Positions 18,626 to 28,873 of a DNA stretch of 64,000 nucleotides are shown here, piece after piece (positions within the stretch are counted from its first letter, which is position 1; the number at the start of each line of letters is the position of its first letter). This DNA is from an uncultured Christensenella sp. (GTDB taxonomy: Bacteria > Bacillota > Clostridia > Christensenellales > CAG-138). Location of the stretch: positions 91,866 to 155,865 of the forward strand of contig CAYLIG010000001.1 in NCBI GenBank assembly GCA_964383635.1, written 5' to 3'. The notes below the pieces were generated by a model that saw nothing but the letters and a program-made list of their open reading frames with translations, ran no database searches and was not told the origin of the DNA. The position numbers and the translations under genes are program-made.

Positions 18626-21598
18626 ATGAAGAAACGCTCACGCAGTCTTCAAACGCTGCTCGTCCCCTTATGCCTGTTCGCCATAACGATTGCCGCCCTT
18701 ATGTTCTATTCCGCCCAGGCGAAAAAGCGAGCGGAGCAGATGACGGGGGAGGTATTGCTTGCCGCCGCGAGTGAGAAAAACGATCTGCTTACCGCAAAAC
18801 TGGACACGGAATTTTTACAGCTTTCCATCCTCGCCGCGTCGCTCGGAGAGGATGGCGGTTTTTCTGCGGAAACAACCGCAAAATTGTCGCTGCCTTTGGA
18901 AGGAACGCATTTTAGCGGTTTAATCCTTCTTGACACTTCTGCCGAGGGCGTCTTGGAAAACGGTCAGAGCGTGCAGCTGGGCGAATATGCATTTGTTCAG
19001 AGCGGACTTGCAGGAGGACGCGCCGCCGGGTATATGGAAAATATCAGCTTCGGTATGGACGGCGCGGCCGTCGTGCTTGTGGTTCCGGTTTTGTCCGGCG
19101 GGCACGTCGGCGGTGCTTTAGTCGGCATCCTGGACGAGGGAAGCTTTTTCGCGCAGTTTTCCGAAAACGCGTTCGACGGTAGCCGGACCTATCTGTACAC
19201 CGCGGAAGGAACGCCTGTTTTCGGCGGCGAATCACTGTATCAGCAGGCAAGCATACAACCTGAAGCGAATGAATTTCGCGAAATTTCCGTGGAAGGGGTT
19301 CGCTGGTATATCGCATCCGTTTCAGCGGACTATGGCGATTGGCTTGTCTGCCGGGCGATTCCGGCGGAACGGGTGGACGCATCCGTCCGGCAAGAGAAAG
19401 CGATGGGATATCACGTCATCGGCGTCGCGATGGCGAGCGTGATTTTCGCAGTGCTGCTCATTATCCGCGGATACCACAAAGCGATTGGGACTTCGCGCCG
19501 GGAGCGGGAGCGCCTTGCTGCCGTAGAGGAGGACTATCGGATTGCGACGCAACAGGGACGGATGATGATCCTTCGAATTGACATCGAGAGCGGAGAAATC
19601 CTGTCCAGATCGGGTCTGCTGGAGCATCAGTATATCTTTGAAAAGCCCGGAAAGATCGATGCGGAATGGTTGCTGAACGAGCTGGTCGGCGAGGAGAGCC
19701 GCGAGGAGTTTGCGGCGTTCGTGCGCGCTGTATCACGCGGGGACGACTCAGGAAACGCTGAGATCAACATGAAAAATTCGGATGGGCAGTTCCGCTGGTA
19801 CAGCATGGAGTTTACCGCAATCGGCAACGGCGGCGGCAAACACACACAGGCGATTATCACCATACGTGATATTACACTCCATCATCAGCGGATTGCGGCG
19901 TTCAGACGCTGGCAGAACGCCATGGCCGCCTCGGTCGATGTGAGCGCGGCGCTGATGGAGATCAACCTGACGACCGGCGCGTGTGAACGAGTCGAAGGCG
20001 AATTTGCGTTGATAAACAATCCCGAATCCGGTCAGATTGCCGTGGAACGTGTGCTGGACCAGTTTTGTCAGGAAAATGTTGCCCGGGATGATCGCGAAAA
20101 ATTCCTGCAGTTTGTTTCAATACAGCGGCTGATCGGACTGCATAGACAAGGGCAGCAGGCGGACGAGACGGAGATTCATCTGCTAAATTCTGACGGTTCG
20201 CCGCGCCAGTGCATTCTGACGGTTCAGATGGCGGATATGCCGAGAAACGACGAAGTGAAGGCGTTTCTTATGCTGAAGGACTTCGAAAACATTTCACGTG
20301 AGATGGAGCGGCTCAGCGACCTTGCACTGCGCGACGGACTGACCGGACTTCTGAACCGAACCGCGGCCAGAAGCGCGATTGAGGAATCCCTGCTGTTCGG
20401 CAGCGGAGATAAGGTTGCGCTCTTTATGATTGACGCGGATCGGTTCAAGCGGGTAAACGATCTGCTCGGACATCAGCACGGCGACCACGCGCTCAAGCAG
20501 ATGAGCGAAGTGATTCGGAAAACGTTCCGTTCGACGGATGTCGTTGCCCGCATCGGGGGGGACGAATTCTTTGTCTTTCTCTCCGAGGTGCCTGGGGACG
20601 AATTTGCGGAAAACAAAGCGATTGCGCTCTGCGAAAATCTGCGATTCACCTATGCTGTTGAAGAGCGCGGAACGATTTCGCTTTCCGCCAGCGTCGGAAT
20701 TATCGTTGCCGAGCGTGGGTCCTGCGACTATGAAGGCCTTTATAAAGAAGCTGACCTCGCGCTTTACGAAGCGAAAAGAGGAGGGAAGAACCGGTATAGC
20801 ATTCGATACAGTGGACAGGCGAGATCGGAGAAGTCCTCCGGCGCAGCACTCAATTCCTCGGCGCTGCAGTTGAATTCACTGCTGCGGCATCTGGACGGCG
20901 GTGTGGTCATGCTCGAAATTGGCGAGCAGATCGAACCGCTGTTCATCAGCGAAGGATACTTCATGAAGCAGGGACTCATGCGCGAGGCCATCGAGGCGCA
21001 TGCGTTCCCGCGCTCGGTCGTCCATCCGACAGACTATCCGCGTCTGGAGGAAGCGATCAGAACCTGCGCTGTTGAAGGCGAACCGTTTCAAATCAGTTAT
21101 CGAAACGCTTTGGCCGGCGGCGGATATGGCTGGCGGCATATGAACGCGCTGCGCGCGCCGAATCCGCGCGGCAAAAACCCGGTTGTCATTGCGGTCATCT
21201 CGGACATTACCGACTTGCACAACGCCACGGAACGCCTCGAATCCCTTGCGGCGGATTCGCAGATTGGCATTCTCATCATTCGCGTAGGGGAGCGCATTGA
21301 GATTACGTTTTTCAACGACGGCGCGCTTTCCATGTCGGGGTTCCAGTATGAGCAGATGCGGATTTTTTCGCGGGACGCCTCCGCATTTTTCCGCGGGGAC
21401 AACCTCGCGCGTTTTCGCGCGGAGATCGCCGCGGCGGACGCGGAAAACCGCATGGCGGATTTCCTGTATCAATCGCACGGCTTTGTGGGAAAAGAAGCGC
21501 ACAGCCTGCATTTTTACGGCGTGAAACTAGATGTACAGAACGGCGTTCCGTCCTACCTGATCATCATGCTGGAGCAGAAGGATATTCAGACGACGTAA
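18626..21598 (+). CDS. sensor diguanylate cyclase (TM, extracytoplasmic Cache-like domain, TM, PAS repeats, GGDEF, C-terminal PAS-like region)
   Basis: 990 aa. GGDEF core LTGLLNR...DADRFKRVND...RIGGDEFFVF...YEAKRGGKNRY. An RSTD I-site (RxxD) lies 5 residues before GGDEF. There are two TM segments flanking a segment of about 230 aa. Confidence 0.88.
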   Translation: MKKRSRSLQTLLVPLCLFAITIAALMFYSAQAKKRAEQMTGEVLLAAASEKNDLLTAKLDTEFLQLSILAASLGEDGGFSAETTAKLSLPLEGTHFSGLILLDTSAEGVLENGQSVQLGEYAFVQSGLAGGRAAGYMENISFGMDGAAVVLVVPVLSGGHVGGALVGILDEGSFFAQFSENAFDGSRTYLYTAEGTPVFGGESLYQQASIQPEANEFREISVEGVRWYIASVSADYGDWLVCRAIPAERVDASVRQEKAMGYHVIGVAMASVIFAVLLIIRGYHKAIGTSRRERERLAAVEEDYRIATQQGRMMILRIDIESGEILSRSGLLEHQYIFEKPGKIDAEWLLNELVGEESREEFAAFVRAVSRGDDSGNAEINMKNSDGQFRWYSMEFTAIGNGGGKHTQAIITIRDITLHHQRIAAFRRWQNAMAASVDVSAALMEINLTTGACERVEGEFALINNPESGQIAVERVLDQFCQENVARDDREKFLQFVSIQRLIGLHRQGQQADETEIHLLNSDGSPRQCILTVQMADMPRNDEVKAFLMLKDFENISREMERLSDLALRDGLTGLLNRTAARSAIEESLLFGSGDKVALFMIDADRFKRVNDLLGHQHGDHALKQMSEVIRKTFRSTDVVARIGGDEFFVFLSEVPGDEFAENKAIALCENLRFTYAVEERGTISLSASVGIIVAERGSCDYEGLYKEADLALYEAKRGGKNRYSIRYSGQARSEKSSGAALNSSALQLNSLLRHLDGGVVMLEIGEQIEPLFISEGYFMKQGLMREAIEAHAFPRSVVHPTDYPRLEEAIRTCAVEGEPFQISYRNALAGGGYGWRHMNALRAPNPRGKNPVVIAVISDITDLHNATERLESLAADSQIGILIIRVGERIEITFFNDGALSMSGFQYEQMRIFSRDASAFFRGDNLARFRAEIAAADAENRMADFLYQSHGFVGKEAHSLHFYGVKLDVQNGVPSYLIIMLEQKDIQTT

Positions 21599-21649
21599 GA
21601 TGGACTTCCCTATGCGAAAATAATGCAAAAAAGCAATCGCTGCATTGAA

Positions 21650-21671
21650 ATGCAGGATATCCTGCATTTTG
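21650..21671 (+). terminator. hairpin terminator candidate
   Basis: Perfect palindrome ATGCAGGAT/ATCCTGCAT followed by a short TTTG run. Confidence 0.5.
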
Positions 21672-21803
21672 CGCGCAAAAAATGCATACTTGAAAACACT
21701 GGAAATATGCCGAAATCAGGCTGTTTTTTTAGAATATATTACAGATGCGGCAACAGCCGCGGCTGCATATCACACGAGATATATTTGTGATCTGCGATTT
21801 TTC

Positions 21804-21832
21804 TTGCATCGCTTGGTACGGGGCGATATAAT
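21804..21832 (+). promoter_or_regulatory. sigma-70-type promoter of ppdK
   Basis: TTGCAT, 17 nt, TATAAT. Confidence 0.75.
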
Positions 21833-21867
21833 TACATGTTGTTAGATTATTGAAGGAGGAAGAGGTT

Positions 21868-24498
21868 TTGTCACACAAATACGTATACCTGTTCAGCGAA
21901 GGCAGCGCACAGATGCGCGCGCTTCTCGGAGGGAAAGGCGCAAATCTGGCGGAGATGACCACGCTTGGCCTTCCGGTCCCGTTTGGGTTTACGGTCTCCA
22001 CGGAAGCCTGCACGAAGTATTATCAGGATCAAGAGACGATCGCACCCGAAATCATCGAACAGATTGAAGCGGCACTGACCGTTACGGAACAGAACGCAGG
22101 CAAAAAGCTCGGCGATCCGTCCAATCCGTTCCTCGTTTCCGTCCGTTCCGGCGCGCGTGCCTCCATGCCCGGAATGATGGATACCATTCTCAATCTCGGT
22201 CTCAACGACGAGACGGTTGCGGGACTTGCCAAGCTGACGAATAACGAGCGGTTTGCGTTCGACAGCTACCGCCGCTTTATCCAGATGTTTTCGGACGTCG
22301 TCATGGAAGTGAAAAAAGCGAAGTTCGACGAAATTTTCGATGACGCAAAACATATCAACGGTTGCAAACAGGACACCGAACTGACGGCGGATAACCTCAA
22401 GGACGTCGTGAAACGCTATAAAGCGCTCTACCTGAAAGAAAAGGGGACGGAGTTCCCGCAGGATCCGCGCGTACAGCTCATGGAGGCTATCAAGGCCGTC
22501 TTCCGCAGCTGGGACAATCCGCGCGCGATCGTCTACAGAAGAAAGAACGACATCCCCGCGGACTGGGGCACCGCCGTCAACGTGCAGAGCATGGTGTTTG
22601 GCAACATGGGCAACGATTGCGGCACGGGCGTCGCGTTTACGCGTAACCCTAGCACGGGCGAGAAGAAGCTCTACGGTGAGTTCCTGATGAACGCGCAGGG
22701 CGAGGACGTCGTCGCTGGCATCCGTACGCCATGCCCCATCGACGAGCTCAAGAGCACGCAGCCCGACGTTTACAAGCAGTTTGTCAACACCGCGGAAACG
22801 CTTGAACAGCACTACCGCGACATGCAGGACATGGAGTTCACCATCGAGCGCGGCAGGCTCTTCATGCTCCAGACCCGCAACGGAAAGCGCACCGCCGCCG
22901 CCGCCCTGCAGATTGCCGTCGACCTCGTGAACGAGGGCATGATCTCCAAGGAGGAAGCCCTCCTGAAGATCGAACCGCGCTCGCTCGACGCGCTGCTGCA
23001 TCCGACGTTTGAGGCCAAAGCGCTCAAAGCCGCCGCACCGATTGCGAGCGGGCTTCCTGCTTCGCCCGGCGCGGCCTGCGGACGCATCTATTTCACGGCG
23101 GAGGAAGCAAAAGAAGCCGCCAAGCGCGGCGAAAAGGTCATCCTTGTCCGCCTCGAGACGTCCCCCGAGGACATCGAAGGCATGTATGCCGCGGAGGGCA
23201 TCCTCACCGCGCGCGGCGGCATGACCTCCCACGCGGCGGTCGTTGCACGCGGCATGGGCACCTGCTGCGTGGCGGGCTGCTCCGAGGCTTCGATCTCCGA
23301 AAAAAACAAGACGCTTTCGCTCAATGGAAAGACGTTCAAGCAGGGCGACTGGCTTTCGCTCGACGGCTCCACGGGAAATGTCTACGGCGAAGCGCTGCCG
23401 ACCGTTGAAGCGAAGGTTTCCGGCAATTTTGCGACCATCATGCAGTGGGCGGACGAGGTTCGCACGCTGAAAGTGCGCACCAACGCGGACACCCCGCACG
23501 ACGCGGAGGTCGCGGTGAAGTTCGGCGCGGAGGGCATCGGCCTTTGCCGCACCGAGCACATGTTCTTCGACGAAGCCCGCATTCCCGCCATGCGCGAGAT
23601 GATCGTGAGCAAGGACGTCGAGTCCCGCAAGCGCGCGCTCAACAAGCTCCTGCCGATGCAGCGCGGCGACTTCAAGGGCATCTATAAGGCGATGGGCGGC
23701 CGTCCGGTCACCATCCGCTTCCTGGACCCGCCGCTGCACGAGTTCCTTCCGACCGAGGAAGAGGACATCCGCGCGCTGGCAAAAGAGATGAACCTCACCT
23801 ACGAAGACCTGCTGCAGACCGTTGAAAGCCTGCATGAGTTCAACCCCATGCTGGGCCATCGCGGCTGCCGTCTGGCGGTGACGTATCCCGAAATCGCCGA
23901 AATGCAGACCCGCGCGGTCATCGAGGCGGCCATTGAAACCCGCAAGGAGGCCGGCATCGAGGTCGTGCCCGAGATCATGATCCCGCTGGTGGGCGAGGTC
24001 AAGGAGCTCGAGTATGTCAAGAACACGGTGGACGCGACCGCCAAGGCCGTCATGGCCGAGCGCGGCGTGGAGATCCCGTACCTTGTTGGCACCATGATCG
24101 AGGTTCCGCGCGCCGCGCTGACCGCGGACAAGATCGCCGAGCAGGCGCAGTTCTTCAGCTTCGGCACGAACGACCTGAGCCAGATGACGTTCGGGTTCAG
24201 CCGTGACGACTCCGGCAAGTTCCTCGAGGATTATTATAAGAAAAAGATCTTCGAGTCCGATCCGTTTGCGCGCCTCGATCAGGAAGGCGTCGGCAAGCTG
24301 GTCAAGATGGCCGTTGAGCTCGGCAAGAGCACGCGCAAGGACATCAAGCTCGGCATCTGCGGCGAACACGGCGGCGATCCGTCGAGCATCGAGTTTTGCC
24401 ACAAGGTCGGCCTGAACTACGTCTCCTGCTCGCCGTTCAGGGTGCCGATTGCGCGCCTTGCCGCCGCGCAGGCGAAGATCAACGAAAAGAACGCATAA
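21868..24498 (+). CDS. ppdK: pyruvate, phosphate dikinase
   Basis: KYVYLFSEGSAQMRALLGGKGANLAEM, the phospho-His loop GGMTSHAAVVARGMG and the C-terminal GICGEHGGDPSS. A TTG start at 21868 lies 8 nt after AGGAGG. The track ORF begins at 21850. Confidence 0.95.
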   Translation: MSHKYVYLFSEGSAQMRALLGGKGANLAEMTTLGLPVPFGFTVSTEACTKYYQDQETIAPEIIEQIEAALTVTEQNAGKKLGDPSNPFLVSVRSGARASMPGMMDTILNLGLNDETVAGLAKLTNNERFAFDSYRRFIQMFSDVVMEVKKAKFDEIFDDAKHINGCKQDTELTADNLKDVVKRYKALYLKEKGTEFPQDPRVQLMEAIKAVFRSWDNPRAIVYRRKNDIPADWGTAVNVQSMVFGNMGNDCGTGVAFTRNPSTGEKKLYGEFLMNAQGEDVVAGIRTPCPIDELKSTQPDVYKQFVNTAETLEQHYRDMQDMEFTIERGRLFMLQTRNGKRTAAAALQIAVDLVNEGMISKEEALLKIEPRSLDALLHPTFEAKALKAAAPIASGLPASPGAACGRIYFTAEEAKEAAKRGEKVILVRLETSPEDIEGMYAAEGILTARGGMTSHAAVVARGMGTCCVAGCSEASISEKNKTLSLNGKTFKQGDWLSLDGSTGNVYGEALPTVEAKVSGNFATIMQWADEVRTLKVRTNADTPHDAEVAVKFGAEGIGLCRTEHMFFDEARIPAMREMIVSKDVESRKRALNKLLPMQRGDFKGIYKAMGGRPVTIRFLDPPLHEFLPTEEEDIRALAKEMNLTYEDLLQTVESLHEFNPMLGHRGCRLAVTYPEIAEMQTRAVIEAAIETRKEAGIEVVPEIMIPLVGEVKELEYVKNTVDATAKAVMAERGVEIPYLVGTMIEVPRAALTADKIAEQAQFFSFGTNDLSQMTFGFSRDDSGKFLEDYYKKKIFESDPFARLDQEGVGKLVKMAVELGKSTRKDIKLGICGEHGGDPSSIEFCHKVGLNYVSCSPFRVPIARLAAAQAKINEKNA

Positions 24499-24515
24499 TC
24501 CAATTAAGCAGCACA

Positions 24516-24547
24516 AAAGCGTCCGCCGATTCCGGCGGACGCTTTGT
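24516..24547. terminator. bidirectional rho-independent terminator
   Basis: AGCGTCCGCCG-attc-CGGCGGACGCT, an 11-bp perfect stem with a T-run on the minus-strand side, between convergent ppdK and the peptidase gene. Confidence 0.8.
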
Positions 24548-24579
24548 CATGCTTGTGTTTGCGTCTATGAAGCGCCGGA

Positions 24580-25935
24580 CTACTCCACCGGCGTATAGGC
24601 TTCGATATACTCATAGACCTTCCGCAGACCGTCGTTTCCGTCATGACTGATGCGGATGTTGTCGGTCAGCGTAAAGTGCATGCCGTCGCTGGTGGAGACG
24701 TAATAGTGCCCCCACTGGAATCCCGCGCGGTAAAACGCGAGCTCGTAGAGCAGATAGTTGATCACCGTCTCGGGGATGTTCTGATAGACCCAGATCAGAG
24801 AATCGCCGGAATACGTGTAGTCGTAATAGAGCACATTGTTTTCGCTCTTGATGCCGTTGTAGACGAGTTTGTCGCCTACCTCCGTGTTGATGAGCGCGAT
24901 GTTTTCGGCGAGGTTGTCGTTTACGCCCATGCCGCCGTTGAGGTCGGTCGCCGTGCCGAAGGCGTGGTGACTGATGGACTTCAGGCTGGAGGTAAAGCGC
25001 GAGCAGTAGCTGCCGTTGTAGGTGTCGATCAGCTCGCGCAGCAGCAGCACGCCGGAGTCCCCGTTGGTGCCGGAGACGCGCACGTGTACGTTGTTGAGAT
25101 AGTAGGACGCGGCTTTGTAGTAAGGCAGTGCGAGTTTATGGATGCGCCAGAGTTCGCGGCCGGGCAGGCAGTCGAATGAGACGATGTTTTCATCCTCCCA
25201 GTCCGGATCGGCGACGATATACCGCGCGTCCACCCACTGGTAACGGTAGAGAAACGCATCCTTATCCTTGAAAAACGCGATGGCGGTGGTATAGCTGTTG
25301 TTGCTGAAATCCGATTGCTTAATCTTCTCCCACTTGTCAGAGAGGATATAGAACTTCGTTTGAAACAGCTGTTCCGGCTCGGGCTGGCCGGCGCTCGTCG
25401 CGCTGACGGTGAGCGTATGGATGCCGATGTCCAGCTCGGAAAACTGCGTGAGCGAGTCGAGGGAGACGCCCTCGAGCGTGAGCGCGTCGTCCAGCGGGTA
25501 GGAATAGACCGCAGCGGTTGGATCGAATGTGACGGTTTTGACATAGGGATAGCGCGGATCCTCGCTGTAGGCGCAGGTGATCGTGATCGTGACCGACAGC
25601 AGGGGATAGTTGGACTGCACATATCCGCGGAGCTTATAGCCGCGCCCGAACGAAAGCCTGCTGTTCTGGGCGGGCATGGGATCGTCCGAGCTTTCGTCAA
25701 ACGTGAGCACGGACGGAACGCGCGGCGTCGGCGTCGGGGTTGGGGAAGGCGAGACGGTCGGCGTGGGCACGGGTGTTTCGACTGTGACGGGTTGCTCGTT
25801 CGGCGCGCGCAGCGCGCGAAGCGGCAGCACGACAAGCAAAAACAGGACGCAAAGGCCGATTACGGCGGCGAGCGCGAGGATGGCCGCTGTGCGCATTTCC
25901 AAAGGACGCTTTTTTGGGTTTGCCCGTTCCGTCAT
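24580..25935 (-). CDS. membrane-anchored peptidase M15 family (VanY/D-Ala-D-Ala carboxypeptidase-like) protein
   Basis: C-terminal SHHAFGTATDL...GFQWGHYY...DGMHF is an M15 H-x-D...H signature. The N-terminal TM (AAILALAAVIGLCVLFLLVVLPL) is followed by a PTPTVSPSPTPTPTP linker. ATG at 25935 follows GGAAAGG. Confidence 0.75.
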   Translation of the reverse strand: MTERANPKKRPLEMRTAAILALAAVIGLCVLFLLVVLPLRALRAPNEQPVTVETPVPTPTVSPSPTPTPTPRVPSVLTFDESSDDPMPAQNSRLSFGRGYKLRGYVQSNYPLLSVTITITCAYSEDPRYPYVKTVTFDPTAAVYSYPLDDALTLEGVSLDSLTQFSELDIGIHTLTVSATSAGQPEPEQLFQTKFYILSDKWEKIKQSDFSNNSYTTAIAFFKDKDAFLYRYQWVDARYIVADPDWEDENIVSFDCLPGRELWRIHKLALPYYKAASYYLNNVHVRVSGTNGDSGVLLLRELIDTYNGSYCSRFTSSLKSISHHAFGTATDLNGGMGVNDNLAENIALINTEVGDKLVYNGIKSENNVLYYDYTYSGDSLIWVYQNIPETVINYLLYELAFYRAGFQWGHYYVSTSDGMHFTLTDNIRISHDGNDGLRKVYEYIEAYTPVE

Positions 25936-26116
25936 GCTGCTTCGCCTTTCCTGTTTGTTACCCATTCTAGCACAAAAGATACGTTCCTGACAAAGCCCGC
26001 TGTACGGCGCGGGAATTTTGACACCCTGCCCGCGAAGTGTTAAAATATGCGGAGAAATCATATATTTTTACATCGAATTTTACCTATGATAATCCATACG
26101 AAACAGAGGAATCGCC

Positions 26117-27502
26117 ATGTCCATTCAGCTGGCCGCGATCGTGCCGCATCCGCCGATCATCTTGCCCCGGATCGGGCAGGGGCAGGAGCGTGAAATCCGC
26201 GCGACCATAGAGGCATACCGCGAAATCGCGCGGCGCGTTCGGCAGCTTGCGCCCGATACGCTCGTCATGATCTCTTCCCATGCGACGAGTTACGCGGATT
26301 ATTTTCACATTTCGCCCGGCAAAAAGGCGCGCGGGGATATGCATCGATTCGGCGCGGAGCAGGTGCGCGTGACGGCCGCATACGACGAGGAATTTGTGCT
26401 TGCGCTGGAGCAGAACGCAAAGCGGGCGGGGCTTTCCGCCGGAACGCGCGGCGAGCGGGATAAATCGCTCGACCACGGTACGCTGATTCCGCTGACGTTT
26501 CTGGCCGAGGACGAGCTGCCCTGCGAGGTGGTGCGCGTCGGCATCTCCGGCCTGGACGCGGTCGAGCATTACCGCCTCGGCAAGTGCATCAAAAAAACGG
26601 CGGAGGAGCTCGGGCGGGACGTCGTGGTCGTCGCCAGCGGGGATCTTTCGCATAAGTTGCTCGAAAGCGGGCCGTACGGCTACTCTCCCGGCGGGCCGGA
26701 ATTTGACAAACAGGCGACCGCGGCAATGGAGCAGGGCGATTTTTGCGCGTTGATGACTATGGACGCGGAGCTTTGCGAGGAGGCTGCGGAGTGCGGTCTT
26801 GGCACCTTCTGGATTCTGGCCGGAACGCTGGATCGCACGGACGTAAAAAGCGAACTTCTCAGCTACGAAGGCCCGTTCGGGGTCGGCTATGCGGTCGCCG
26901 CGTTTACGCCGGAGGGCATAAACGAGAGCCGTGCGTTCGACGTGCTCTGTCAGCGGGCGGAGCGGGAGCGCGTCGGCAAACGGCGCGCGGGCGAGGATGC
27001 GTTTGTGCGCCTCGCGCGGCAGACGGTGGAGGCGTATGTGAAAACGCGCGAAACGCCGCCGCTGCCGGAAGAATTGCCGGAGGAGCTGACAAACCGGCGC
27101 GCGGGCGTATTCGTCACGCTCAAGCGCGCGGGCAGGCTAAGAGGCTGCATCGGCACCATCTCCGCCGTGACGGACAGCATTGCCGAGGAGATCCAGCGAA
27201 ACGCGGTCTCGGCCTGCAGCGAGGATCCCCGCTTTGAACCCGTCCAGCCGGAGGAGCTGGGGCGCATCACCTATAGCGTGGATGTGCTCGGGCCCACGGA
27301 GAGGATCGATTCGCCGGATGCGCTGGATGTAAAGCGCTACGGCGTGATCGTCGTCTCCGGCTACCGAAAAGGTCTGCTGCTGCCAAACCTCGAGGGTGTG
27401 GATACCGTTGAGGAACAGATTAAAATTGCCAAGCGCAAAGCGGGCATTCCGGAGGACGAGCGCTGCCGGATGGAGCGCTTTGAGGTGGTGCGGCACACAT
27501 GA
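26117..27502 (+). CDS. AmmeMemoRadiSam system protein A (AMMECR1 domain) with N-terminal class-III extradiol dioxygenase (LigB)-like domain
   Basis: N-terminal part: AAIVPHPPII, LDHGTLIPL, ASGDLSHKL (LigB/Memo-like fold signatures). C-terminal part: RRAGVFVTLKRAGRLRGCIGTI, EDPRFEPV, GLLLPN (AMMECR1). Confidence 0.85.
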   Translation: MSIQLAAIVPHPPIILPRIGQGQEREIRATIEAYREIARRVRQLAPDTLVMISSHATSYADYFHISPGKKARGDMHRFGAEQVRVTAAYDEEFVLALEQNAKRAGLSAGTRGERDKSLDHGTLIPLTFLAEDELPCEVVRVGISGLDAVEHYRLGKCIKKTAEELGRDVVVVASGDLSHKLLESGPYGYSPGGPEFDKQATAAMEQGDFCALMTMDAELCEEAAECGLGTFWILAGTLDRTDVKSELLSYEGPFGVGYAVAAFTPEGINESRAFDVLCQRAERERVGKRRAGEDAFVRLARQTVEAYVKTRETPPLPEELPEELTNRRAGVFVTLKRAGRLRGCIGTISAVTDSIAEEIQRNAVSACSEDPRFEPVQPEELGRITYSVDVLGPTERIDSPDALDVKRYGVIVVSGYRKGLLLPNLEGVDTVEEQIKIAKRKAGIPEDERCRMERFEVVRHT

Positions 27503-28326
27503 AGGCGGTCTGCACGATCTGCCCGAAAAGATGCGCGCCGGAAGAGGGTCGGCTCGGCTTCTGCCGCGCGCGGATCAATCGCGGCGGCGTGATCGAATGC
27601 GAAAACTACGGCAGGGTGACGAGCATTTCGCTCGACCCGATCGAGAAAAAGCCGCTTCGCCGCTTTCATCCCGGCGCGGCAATTCTCTCCGTCGGCAGTT
27701 ACGGTTGCAACATGGATTGCGCCTACTGCCAGAACTGCGAAATATCACGGGCGGACGCGGAGAGCGTCGGATGGCGGGAGATGACGCCGGAGGAACTGGT
27801 TGAGCAGGCGAAGCAATACCGCTTTCGGGGAAACATCGGGCTGGCGTTTACCTACAACGAGCCGCTCGTGGGCTACGAATTCGTGCTGGACTGCGCGCAT
27901 CTCGCAAAGAAAAACGATCTCGCGGTCGTGCTTGTGACCAACGGCATGATCCTGCCAGATCCGTGGGAGAAGCTGCTGCCCTATGCGGACGCGGCGAATA
28001 TCGACCTGAAGGCGTTTTCCGCGGAGGGGTATCGCTCGCTCGGCGGGGATTTCGGGGTGGTGCAGGAGACGATTTCGCGCGCGGTCGGTCGCATTCATCT
28101 GGAGATCACCACGCTGATCGTGCCGGGGTTGAGCGACGGGGAGGACGACATGCGCCGTGAGGCGGAGTGGCTCTCCTCGCTGTCGCCGGAGATTCCGCTG
28201 CATCTGTCGCGTTTTTTCCCGAGGCACCGCATGCATGACGCCGCGCCGACACCGGCTAAGACCGTGCTTCGGCTGGCGGATATTGCACGGGACAATCTGA
28301 AATACGTTTACACCGGCAACTTATAA
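27499..28326 (+). CDS. AmmeMemoRadiSam system radical SAM enzyme
   Basis: ATGA overlap with the upstream gene. N-terminal CTICPKRC...C cluster plus the radical-SAM CNMDCAYCQN (CxxxCxxC); 275 aa. Confidence 0.88.
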   Translation: MKAVCTICPKRCAPEEGRLGFCRARINRGGVIECENYGRVTSISLDPIEKKPLRRFHPGAAILSVGSYGCNMDCAYCQNCEISRADAESVGWREMTPEELVEQAKQYRFRGNIGLAFTYNEPLVGYEFVLDCAHLAKKNDLAVVLVTNGMILPDPWEKLLPYADAANIDLKAFSAEGYRSLGGDFGVVQETISRAVGRIHLEITTLIVPGLSDGEDDMRREAEWLSSLSPEIPLHLSRFFPRHRMHDAAPTPAKTVLRLADIARDNLKYVYTGNL

Positions 28327-28353
28327 AAAACAAGATTTAAAAGGAGAATCGGT

Positions 28354-28716
28354 ATGATTAAAACAGCGGGACAGCAGCAGGTTCGCGTGCGGGAAAACGT
28401 GCGCGGCGGGGAAGGCGCGGTGTCTTTTCACGATTTTCTGACGGCGGAGGAAGCGTTCGGCGCGGGGCATCTCTTTTCGCGCACGGTGATCCCGGCGGGC
28501 GCGTCGATCGGCGCGCATCAGCACGAAGGTGAGTTCGAGGTCTATTATATTCTCGACGGCGCGGTGGAGGTTCTCGACGGCGGGGAATGGACCGCCATGA
28601 ACAAGGGCGACATGCACCGCTGCGCAAGCGGGGAGACCCACGCGATACGCAACGTAAGCGAGTGTGAAGCGGAAGTGCTGATGCTCATACTCAACGTAAA
28701 CGCCGCGCGTATCTGA
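28354..28716 (+). CDS. cupin domain protein
   Basis: 120 aa. The GAHQHEGEFEVYYILDG...GETHAIRN spacing is typical of cupin motifs 1 and 2. An AAAAGGAG RBS is present. Confidence 0.8.
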   Translation: MIKTAGQQQVRVRENVRGGEGAVSFHDFLTAEEAFGAGHLFSRTVIPAGASIGAHQHEGEFEVYYILDGAVEVLDGGEWTAMNKGDMHRCASGETHAIRNVSECEAEVLMLILNVNAARI

Positions 28717-28873
28717 CCGGATTTATCTCTCGCGGCGGCGCGAAAAACGTGTTGGATCCGCATTTCATCACATGAAAAAGCGGTTACGATACAATGTCAC
28801 GGTTTTTGTGATTATAATTGTATATACTGACTCAAAATTGAACAATGATGCGGCATTGGAAAGGGAGTTTTGA

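Noticed and set aside
21760-21800. ATCACA-N11-TGTGAT inverted repeat upstream of ppdK as a CRP/CcpA-type site
   Set aside because: The half-site orientation and spacing do not match the CRP (TGTGA-N6-TCACA) or cre consensus. It is probably chance in an AT-rich promoter region.
21871-24516. 881-aa ORF antisense to ppdK
   Set aside because: It exactly mirrors the ppdK frame. The translation is Arg/Ala/Gly/His-rich junk with no motifs. This is a typical stop-poor shadow frame in high-GC DNA.
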